From NCBI RefSeq assembly GCF_009914755.1, contig NC_060937.1: a stretch of DNA of 64,000 nucleotides, one strand, 5' to 3'. Made by a program: the position numbers and the translations under genes. Position 1 is the stretch's first letter. Every line of letters starts with the position of its first letter. Shown piece by piece: positions 53,482 to 64,000 of this stretch. The DNA comes from the human T2T-CHM13v2.0 reference genome, Homo sapiens. The notes beneath the pieces were generated by a model. That model was given only the letters and a program-made list of their open reading frames with translations. It did not search any database and had not been told where the DNA came from.

Positions 53482-54662
53482 GATATATAATGAAGATAGG
53501 GTGTAACTGAGAAGACAAGACATAACAACAATAATGATCAGAGAGTGACAGAAGGAATCGGAGTGAGGGAGCAACTGTGATGAGTCCAGTGATGACAAAA
53601 CAAGCACGGCTCATTGTGAAAGTCAGAACCAGTGAGTTCAAATTCTTGCTGTGCCGCTACCAAGTTTCCTCACCTGTAAAATGTGCATAATCCTTACTTT
53701 TTTGATATTATCTGTATAAAAGTGCACTTTTCAACTAGCAAAAAATTACCACACACCAATTTCTTTTTTTTCTCCTTTTGTAGGCTAGAACAAAGAAGCA
53801 AAATGACTTTAGCACAAGAATAAAGATATATGAAACAGAATCCTCACATCTGAAGGAATATTTGTACATGCATTCATATTGAAAATGCAGTATGTTCTAT
53901 GATAATGTCAAATCATATCATATATTTTACACCACTTTAAAATTTGCTCGGTTGTTTCATTTTCATCTCACAACAACTCTATCAAGCAAGTAGGGCAGGT
54001 ATTCTTATCCCTTGTTAAAGATAAAGAAACTAGGGCATGCTGAGGTTAAGGGACAGCCCATCCTCAGTTGTTAGCAGTGGAGGTTGGACTAGAATGGTCC
54101 CTGGAGTTAGTGCTTTCTTTAGGAGTCCTGTAAAAGGCAGATAAAAGCTAATTTCAGTATCAGTAGCACATCTAGAACAATTACAGGTGGGAAATTTCTT
54201 GCCACCTACTTTTGGATTTGCAGAAATAAATACATCACTTTCAGTTTCTTCCAGCTGAATTTTATATTATTATTCCCACAATGACTAGTTCCCTGGTGTT
54301 GCACCCTCTTTGCCTCTGATACTGGCCAAGTGCTAGCCTTTAAAGCTATGGAGATCTAGGAGCAGAGAAGTTGAATCCTGCTACCCCAGCAACAGGCCTT
54401 GACCCCAGTGAGAGGGCAAAGAAAACAATAAACCTATCCAAGAGTGACACCTCAACCAGAGAGAGGAAGTTGAGGTAGAACATCCAGGAGGGAGGGTTTC
54501 TGACAAAATGGAACTGTAGACGAAGACTGATGTCAACCCAAACCAAATACTACTCCTACTGCTACTAATACTACTACTAATAACAACAACTGAACAGTAA
54601 CAGACATACAGGGAGAAATTCAACGTCACATATACCTAACAGAAAAAAAGATTCTTGGGAAA

Positions 54663-55082
54663 TGTATCAATCTGCTTGGGTTGTTCTAACAAAGTACTAC
54701 AGACTGGATATCAACACACATTTATTCTCACAGTTCTGGAGACAGGAAGTCCAGGATCAAGGTGTGGATAAATTTGGTTTCTGATGAGGTCTCTTTTCCT
54801 GGCTTGCAGGTGACCCCCTTCCGGCTGTGTCCTCACATAATTTTTCCTCTGTGTTCAGAGGCGAGAGAGAGCTCTATGTTGTTTCTCCCTCTATGACCCC
54901 ATCCTATGACCACATTTAGCCTCAAATCACACCAGTCCTATTGGATTAAGGCCACATCCTATGACCACATTTAACCTTAATTATCTCCCTAAAGGTTCCG
55001 TGCTTAAATATCATCACATTGGTTAGGACTTCAACACATGAATTGGAGGGTTTGGAAGGGCATCACAAGTCAGCCCATAATA
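54663..55082 (-). mobile_element. MLT1A/B-type LTR
   Basis: atttattctcacagttctggag...ggacttcaacacatgaatt; TSD ggaa(a/c). Confidence 0.8.
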
Positions 55083-55901
55083 GGAACTAAAATCTATAAT
55101 TTTCAAACAAAAAATACGATACTCAAATCAGTAACCTGGAAGATCAAGTGGAAGAAATTGTTGACAAAAAGAAAAAGGAAAAAGTGTAAAGGGCTAAAAC
55201 TGATGGGAAGAAACATGAGACTAGGCAGACAGATCCAGCAGATATAACACAAGAATGACAGGAGTTCCAAGGAAAAAAAATCATTGAGAAAGGCAATAAT
55301 CATGAACATAAAAAGAAATAATGTCCCCAAGTTGATGAAAGAGAATAGATGTGAAGTGCTCGCCTGAGTTCCATGCAGGACACACAGGTAGCATGCCCAG
55401 GTAAAATTTCTGACCTCTAAAAATTTTTTTTAAACTTTTACAAGATTTCCAAAAGAACAATTTAAAAACAAAATGAAACAAAGAAAATGTCAGAAAAGCT
55501 TGACTTCTCCTCTACATACCTAGAAAATGATAAAATACTAGATGAACTACTATTTACTGACCTAGAGAGAAAAGGACAGCCCCTTAATAATCTTAAAAAC
55601 ATCCAACATACCATTTACCAGCCAGGTTAAAGGTTAGATATTTGCCAAAAAGCAAGAATTCAGAGAATTCCACTGAGAAGAGTATAATCAGATGGCAAAC
55701 TAATAAGAAGAAAGAACACAAGAAAAGGAAAGATGAAGATGAAACAGCAGCGAATATTTAACCTGCAATATGCATATTTAAGATTAAATGGATGATAACT
55801 AGGAATGTAATAAAATGTGTCCTAAATAAGTATTCTTGCAATACAACTTTTATGCTATAAGAGAAAGCCTATAACAGTTTGGAATGTAAGAAATTGTCTT
55901 G

Positions 55902-56238
55902 GGCCAGGCTCAGTGGCCCATGCCTGTAATCTGAGCACTTTGGGAGGCCAAGGCAGGCGGATCACTTGAGCCCAGGAGTTCGAGACCAGTCTGGGCATCA
56001 AAGTGAGACCCTGGCTCCACTGAAAAAAAAAAAAAAGAAAAAGAAAAAGAAAAAGAAAAAAAATTAGCTGGGCATGGTGGTGTGCTCCTGTAGTCCCAGC
56101 TAGTATGGAGGCTAAATTGGGAGAATAGCCTGAGCATGGGAGATTGAGGCTGCATGAGCTGAGATTGTGCCACTGCTCTCCAGCCTGGGTGACAGAGCCA
56201 GACCCTGTCTCAAAAAAACAAACAAACAAACAAAAAAA
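55902..56238 (+). mobile_element. AluJ with expanded (GAAAAA)n linker
   Basis: ttgagcccaggagttcgag, gaggctgca, gaccctgtctc. Confidence 0.9.
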
Positions 56239-57520
56239 CCGCAATGAAACCTAAGAAGTAGGGTGTTAGTAACAAAAGAGGTGATGAAATGGGTGAGGTA
56301 AAAGTTTTCCGGAAGTTCCATTTGCATGGAGGAGTCAGGAGTGAGGGAAGTAAAATTATTCTAAAACCACCTCTCTTTTAGTTGTATCAAAAGCCTTGTA
56401 GTAATTGGGGAAAGTAGTTTCTTACTGTTACACCAAAATATATAAATAAACATTTATGAGTGTTGCGAAAAGGATGATAACCACTAGTTGAATGAAAAAT
56501 TACAAGGGACTTCTAAATTAAAGTGGGGAGGTGAAGGTGAAAAGGGAATTAATAGTAACTATCAAATTACAGAAAATAAGGAAAAAGAAAAAGAAACCTC
56601 AGAATAAAAGTAATAGTTACCATAGGTGAAAGAATAAAATATAATAATGATAGGATACAAAAATTTGTGGGAAGATATCAAACATGAATTGAGAGGCAAA
56701 AATTCTTATTAAAATATTAACAAATAGTTTTCAGTATTGTAGCAAAAGAAAATAATTCTTTCTGATTAAGTAGTATTTATTCTGGGATTTCAAGAATTAT
56801 TCACAACTGAGAGATTTACTAATATAGTACTTTACATTAACAAATTAAAGAAGAAAAACCAAATGATTTATCAGTAGGTGCTAGAAGTCCTTTGATAAAA
56901 TTCAACAGCTATTCTTTTTTATTACTAATAAAAACTCTAAGTAAAATAATAATAAAGGAAACTACTTAAATATGATAAAAACCACTCACCAAAATAAATT
57001 GCAAAATAGCATTTCAAAATTGTGAAATGATAAAAGTCTTTTTCATTAGAATCAGGAACAAAATAGAGATTCTTAATACTAACATTATTATGCAACACAT
57101 TAGAAAATGCAATACAAGAGGAAAATTAAATGATTCATATAAATTGAAAAAGAAGAGATAAAAACTTAGTTTATATATGCTGATGACATTATTGTATACC
57201 TAAAGAATAACAGACCTTAGTAAGAGCCTACTAGAATTTAGTAAGAAATTTAGTAAGGTAGTTGAATGAATAATAAATGTACCAACAATAATTACGTTTT
57301 TCCTCTATTCGCAAAAGCTAGTAGAACTATTACACTCAAAATGACAATGAAAACTATTAAATAAAACATTTAAAAATAAATTTAACAAAAATAACGTAGG
57401 ACTTGCATAAAGAAAACTCTAACATGTTAGTAAATGACATAAAAAATGTTCTAGATAATGGAAAGTGATTTTATATCCTTGCACAGGAAGACATATTATC
57501 ATTAAAATGTCAAGTCTCTT

Positions 57521-57787
57521 GGCTGGGTGTGGTGGCTCACGCCTGTAATCCCAGCACTTTGGGAGGTCAAGGCAGATGGATCACTTGATGTCAGGCGTTC
57601 AAGACCAGCCTGGCCAACATGGTGAAACCCCATCTCTGCTAAAAATACAAAAATTATCTGGGCATGGTGGCACACACCTGTAATCCCAGCTACGCGGGAG
57701 GCTGAGGCAGGAGGTTAAAGTAAGCCGAGATCATGCCACTGTACTCCAGCCTGGGCAACAGACCAAGACTCTGTCACAAAAAAAAAA
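57521..57787 (+). mobile_element. AluS with right-arm deletion
   Basis: ggcaggag joined to gtt (aatcgcttgaacc segment missing); TSD gtcaagtctctt. Confidence 0.9.
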
Positions 57788-58280
57788 GTCAAGTCTCTTC
57801 AAATTAATATATGCAGGAAATGAAATTTAAATTATACTTCCACTTCTGAAAGGATGAAAGGTTTAAATAATATTATATTAAAGTAAATATGGAGGAGTTC
57901 ATGCCCAAGAATAATGAAGAAAATTATTTATAAGGATAGTAAAGAGGAGGGCTTGCCTAACAGGATATTAAACCACATCATGAAGCCACTATAATCAAAA
58001 ACAGCACAGTGCTGACACAGAAATGGACAAATAGACCAATGATACAGAAAAGCCTGAAGAATATCCCAAATTATAGGAAAATGTAATCCATTATAAATAT
58101 AACATTTCAATTCAGTTTTTAAAAAAAGATGGCTTAAATAACCAATAATGTTGAAATATTTGATTGACCCCTGTCTCACACAATCCTAAAACAAAATTCT
58201 AAGTGGATAAAGGACTTAAATGTAAAAAATGATATAATAACTATTGTATTAAGGGAAATTTGGCGTGTATGTATAAACTA

Positions 58281-58616
<336 letters not shown>

Positions 58617-59409
58617 ACCAAACAGAAAGCCCAACTCTCTAAGAGTGACAATGAACATGTTTCACTAAATCCAAATTTTGAATTTTATATGACAAAAGAT
58701 ATGCAAAACCAAGTCAGCAGACTGATGAATAGATTTTTAAAATGTGTACACATATGGTAGATTGATATCTTCAATAAACAAAGAGCTCATAGAAATTCAT
58801 GAAAATATAATAGGAAAAGGATATGACTAGGCAATTCAAAGAAAGGCAAATCCAAATCACTACTATGCATATGAAAGACAGTTTCATTGCCAAAGTCAGG
58901 GAAATACAAATAAAGTAACAATGAAATATCACTTAACAATAATTTAAAATGGTGATTCTATCCCCTGCTGTTAGGGATATTGTTTAAAAAACAGTGCCTT
59001 CAAAAAATAGTTGAAAATACAGATTGCAATAGCATTTTGGGAAAGCAATTGGTATGTGTATTAAAATGTAATATACGCATACCTCAGGCCCAGCAACACA
59101 CTCCCAGAAAACAAAAATTTCCAGTATATTGAAGAATATGATATTTATGCAACATCGCTTTAGTGGCAATGATGGAAACAAAGAAAGATCCATCCATTTG
59201 GGAATCATTGAATAAACTGCAGTACATCTACAACATGGAATAGGATACAGTCCTTAGAAGAGTGAGTTGGATCCATACCAACTGATTTGGAGGGATTTTC
59301 ATGGTGTATTGCTAAACAAGAAAGGCATGATGAAAATTTTATTCTATATATATTTAATAGAATATAATTATCCTAAAATGAAAGTGATTCTTGGTCAGAT
59401 ATAGTAGAA

Positions 59410-59632
59410 CCAAGCGGGAAGGATCACTTGAGGCCAGGAGTTCAAGACCATCTGGGGAAACACAGAGAGGTCCTGTCTCTACAAAAAAGCTCCAGGTATA
59501 TTGGCTCACGCCTGTAGTCCCAGCTACCTGGGAGACTGAGGCAGAAGGATCACTTGACTCCAGGAGTTTGAGGCTGCACTACAACCCTGGGTGACAGAGA
59601 AAGTCCCTGTCTCAAAAACAAAACAAAACAAA
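59410..59632 (+). mobile_element. Degenerate, deleted AluJ
   Basis: ggatcacttgaggccaggagttc...gaggctgcac...ctgtctcaaaaac. Confidence 0.75.
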
Positions 59633-59689
59633 CTGGTTTCTATACACTATGTGGCGGGATGGAGTTGGGGGTGGGATGTGTTATATTTC

Positions 59690-60035
59690 CTCCAGGCCTT
59701 TACTCTTGGCGTTTCCTGCTTGGAATATTCTTTCTCCAATTCTCTCCTTTTACCATGCTAAAAGGTAACGCCCACCTAAGGGCCATATTCTCCGGAAGGG
59801 AATCCCCAATCCCTTATCTGAGGTGAGGTTCTCTTCTTATTAAATTCCTTATGACATCTTTTTCTTCTATCACAGGTCGCATGACATGTTAAAATAATTA
59901 TTTGAATCTTTCCCACTAAAATATGCTTTGTGCAAACCGGAGCTGTCTGCCTTGTTTATTCTGACTTCTTGCATAGTTTCTAACATTAACTAGGAGCTTA
60001 GAGCTCAATGAATACTGACTGAAAGAATGAATGAT
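59690..60035 (+). mobile_element. L2 3' end
   Basis: gctcaatgaatactgactgaaagaatgaatga. Confidence 0.6.
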
Positions 60036-60739
60036 TTCCTTGTAAGAATCTCAAGGCCATAAGCAAAGCCATTTACTTCTTATGTATCCCTCTCCACTCC
60101 TAGAGAGTGTAGTCTAGAGTCTCTTGCCTCAGCAGGAACTTATTGATTGACTGAATATAGGAATAAATGACAGGAAGTATCATAGCCATAGTCCATGAAG
60201 GGTATAACCACTTCTTACAGCAGACTCAGATAATATTGAAGTTGCCAGGCCACTTAGTGGCATTGAAGGGGAAGGGAGCTAATGAGTAGGGCTTTTAGGG
60301 ATGGAGCGTGTCTTATTTGCTTAAGTCTGATCTGAGACAGATTGATCATGTCACTTTTCCTCCCCAGATCACATGAGTGTTGAGGGATGGATATATTAAT
60401 GCCTAGAGATCTTGCTGTAGAGATGGGTTTCCGCAGCCCTAGATAGCAGCTAACCACACAGGCCTGCATTTGCTTAGATAAGGGATGGACACTTGACCCA
60501 AAATGTGACTAATTTTATTGCCTCTCTTAAATTTCAATTTGGGAAACTGAGAGACTCTAGAGCTAAAAGGACATATAAAACCAGGGCCAAGTCAGTCCTA
60601 CAACCAGACAAAGCCAAGGACAAGCATACCTGGAGAGAGCAGAGGGGTCTGTGCATAGCAGACAGAAAGAGATGAATGGAGCAGGTGTTCAGGGATAACA
60701 GATTGCCTGGTGCCATGAGAGATGAAGAGAGCTAGTGCA

Positions 60740-60980
60740 TTTCTCTATTTATCCATTCATCCATTCAAATACGTGCTGAACCTACTAGGATCCCTACATT
60801 ACCACAGGTGCTAGGGATTCAACAGTAAATGGGACAATAGAAGTCCATGCTTTCAGCGGGCTTGAAGTCCTATAAAAAGGACTGTTGGGAACTGATTATG
60901 ATGAAAAGTCACAAATGTTCTGATACAGAAAGTTCAGGATGCCATGCGAACATAAAACAGGGAACCCAACATGGTCTAGT
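60740..60980 (-). mobile_element. L2 3' end
   Basis: atccattcatccattcaaa...ggtgctagggattcaacag. Confidence 0.65.
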
Positions 60981-61099
60981 CTTCAGGCAGACTTTTCAGT
61001 TCCAATCCTTGCGTGGCCCAATTCTATCTCATTTCCTGTCCTTTAACATCTGTAAGATTCTTTTTTATCCCTTCAAGAATGAGCCCCCTTTTCAGTTGA

Positions 61100-61615
61100 A
61101 TCAGCATACTGAAGATCTGATACATTTTGTCTGCCCAGTATGTGTTTGGGTGCTGTCATTTTAGGAATTGTCCCTTCTCTTCTTGGTGATGCAATTGATC
61201 ACAAGGTCCCACCTCTCCTGACCCTTAGTCTCGCTCATCAAAATATCCCATGTTCCCCCTACAGTGACGGACTCAGATGTTTGCACACAACCTACTCTGA
61301 GTGACTTGGACTTCGGACTCCTTTTGTGAGGACTGATGGGGAAATGGGGGAAACTGTCTCTGCTCTCCTAGGATCTCAAGCATGAAGCTTCTTACAAGGT
61401 CAGAGCCACTGGGGCCATTCTTGCCACTATGTGAAGAGGGCTTGCCTAGGCATGAAAACACCACAGAGGACAGCAGAGCCAAGAGGTGCTGAAAATTAGA
61501 AAAATCCCTGACGACAACTTTTTAAGCACCTCAGGTTTCAAGTGCCATGAGCCAATACATTTCTTTTTTTCCTCCTTAATTTAAATGAGTTGCTTTCACT
61601 CAAAACTAAAAATAT
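61100..61615 (+). mobile_element. Old MLT1 (J/K-like) LTR
   Basis: atgagccaatacatttc...ttgctttcactcaaaactaaaa. Confidence 0.5.
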
Positions 61616-62779
61616 CCTCCTTATTCCAGCTATTCTGGATAAATTTCTGTTCCCTGTGCAAATAATCCCTGATCAAGATGGTTTAGTGGAGATAGGGGTG
61701 GAGAAGGCAAAACATGCCCTATCTTTCCCCTACCCTTCCTAGGTTGTAACAACACGTTTGTATAATGCTTTACCCGACAATTCCTCACACAGTTTCCTAT
61801 GGCCCTCCCAACATTTCTGTGACATGGGTATTAGTATTCCCATTTGGCAGTGGTGTTCTGAGGTTGATTAGCTACAAAGTGGCTGATTTGGGACTTGGAA
61901 TGTTGTTCTGGCACCAATGTCTGGTGTATTCCCATTCTGCCACATCTCTGATTCCTGCTCCCCCAGATGCCAGTCCCTCCATGCCAGTGGCTACTATATT
62001 CAGCCTCCAGCTTCATCCCTAGTTCCTTAATATGCCAACTGGAAAATGCCCACTGGAACATTATGAATTCATTTAATTATTTTTTGAGAAATTAAAATCA
62101 TAACATAAATTTTACTACCCAGCTAAAGTCTAATTTTCATATGCAAATTTTGGATAAATTAATAGTATCATCCAATTTTTCAAGAACCTTGAATCCTGCC
62201 AACTTATTTTTTATTGCTGTGAATAAATGCATATTTTTCAAAACTTGGCAAAAATATCTAGAAATAGTTATAGCAGTAATCAGACATAGATATCTCAGAT
62301 GATAGAAAGATCATTTTTATCCAGATTAACTTCTTCTCTTAAATGTACAGCAGTCCAGAGCTAAAAATGAAACACAAAAAAATTGCAATTACTTTTTAAA
62401 TGAAAAAATCCCTGTACTGCCATGAGATTAGTCCTTAAACCTGTAAGATTTGGGGAAAGAAATAATTTTTTGCTCCATTACCCTAAAACATTCCAAAGGA
62501 ATATTAAATTTGAATGAGAACATTTAAAAATACCATTTAAAAAATTTTTCACTGATGATTAAACTGATGTTAAATTATTACACTTATTTTCTTGACAATT
62601 TATAAAACTAACCTCTCTCTTTCAAACTCCATTATATTTTTAGTCCTGTAGAATTCCATTTGGATGTTATCTTGTTATTTTTGGTCAGTCTTTGAAGAAT
62701 AACACCAACGATTATGCACCAGCAACCTGCCACTAAGTCACCTGCTTAAATAAGCGAGAGGCCGTCACTACTCAATACA

Positions 62780-62845
62780 CTCTTCTTTTAATGAGCTAAT
62801 AATTAAAGCTTTATTTTGAATATAAATAGTGCCATTTATACACAG
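62780..62845 (-). terminator. Candidate minus-strand cleavage/polyadenylation site
   Basis: Minus strand reads TGTA...AATAAA (62815-62810), CA about 17 nt later, then GU-rich gagtgtattgagtagtg. Confidence 0.45.
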
Positions 62846-64000
62846 AAACACACATGAAGATTATTTACTAAATCTCCATATTGGTGTTTATGAATCAAAA
62901 TTTCTTCATTAAAATATTACCCTATTTAGTATATGAATTTTAAAAAATAAAAAATTATTTCCCAAGTCCATTCTAAAACCCTCCCTTGGTTATTATAAGG
63001 TTAATATATTTAAGAATTTGTCTGAACTTATTTCCATCTCTCCTACACAAAGATTAAGCATGAAACAATATATCCCCAGAGTAGACTGAATTCTGTGTGC
63101 AGACTAAATAACTGTCTACACAACTTGATTTTAAAGATTGTCCAACTCTCAACATTGAAATCTCTTAATACTATCTGAAAGTAGGGACCTTTGTACCTCC
63201 TTGCACTGTTATTGTCAACTGCTAACACCTGGCCATGGTAGATTAACAAATTAGATTTCCTATTAGCGTCAAACACTAAAGGAACAGAACAGAGAATCAA
63301 TGAGTTTCATAGAGTAGAAGACAGGCAGGAAGAAAGGTCAGAATGACTGCATGGAGCTCTGAGCAGCTAGGAAGCATCAGAAAAGCACTGGGCCACTAAA
63401 CTTCTGAGAGTAGGGAAGGCACTAAATAAAAGGTAGGGAATGTCAAAAGACACTCTAAAGAGAAATCCACGAGCTTCACTGAATCCACATTTTAAATAGC
63501 ATTATTTATATTTAGTGACATTTTCAAAATTTAATGTCAGAATCATGACGTTGAAAATAGATTCTGAAACTAAGGGGGAAAAATATTCCCTTAATTAAGC
63601 TCATGGAGGTAGTTGGCTGACTTTGGCAATGAAATTTAACTTATTCTTTTTTCCATTCTCTCATACGTACACTCTGCTACACCTTACTGAACAAGCTGAA
63701 AATTCAATAAATAAATGCATTCGTTAATGATTTAGTATAACCCGAAAGGAAAGGAAAGCTGCTGGAGCCACTCCACAGGTCTCCCACTTTGCCAAAAGCG
63801 ATTACTGTGTGTCAGGGCTGATGGCATGAACCCAGCTGTGGGAGGCCAGGGATGCGGGGAGGCTGCTGCCCCTGCAGCTGTTGCTGTGAGAGATGCTGAA
63901 GGCCTTAGAATCTGCACTCCCACAGTGACTGAGAAATGAGGGATTTGAATATGTTTATGTGAAGGGTTCTTCCTTCTTCCCCTTCATTATGCGCCAAAGG

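Noticed and set aside
54899-54980. Duplicated catcctatgaccacattt in an MLT1 LTR
   Set aside because: Small local duplication with no further signal
63732-63930. 63-aa minus-strand ORF and an upstream tttctcAG acceptor
   Set aside because: No recognisable product; 3' UTR is the simpler reading, though the window edge prevents a firm call

Overview
Primate (very probably human) nuclear DNA: AT-rich, CpG-poor and mostly interspersed repeats (about 15 Alus, L1/L2/L3, MIR, THE1/MST/MLT/ERV1 solo LTRs, MER5A/MER8/MER20, and a near full-length Tigger1). I found no protein-coding gene, RNA gene or CpG island; the ORF track looks like chance or repeat-derived ORFs. The repeat-poor last ~1.2 kb looks like the 3' UTR and poly(A) site of an unidentified minus-strand gene continuing beyond the window. 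The most notable structure is a ~360-bp mosaic (12759-13119) made of one inverted and two direct copies of nearby unique DNA, with junction microhomology. Other candidates are a 45-bp-arm fold-back in an L1, several small fold-back scars, and a few possible regulatory modules and non-coding exons. I do not see evidence for a new biological system. Repeat names were recognised by eye from remembered consensus sequences, so subfamily calls and the edges of old repeats are approximate.
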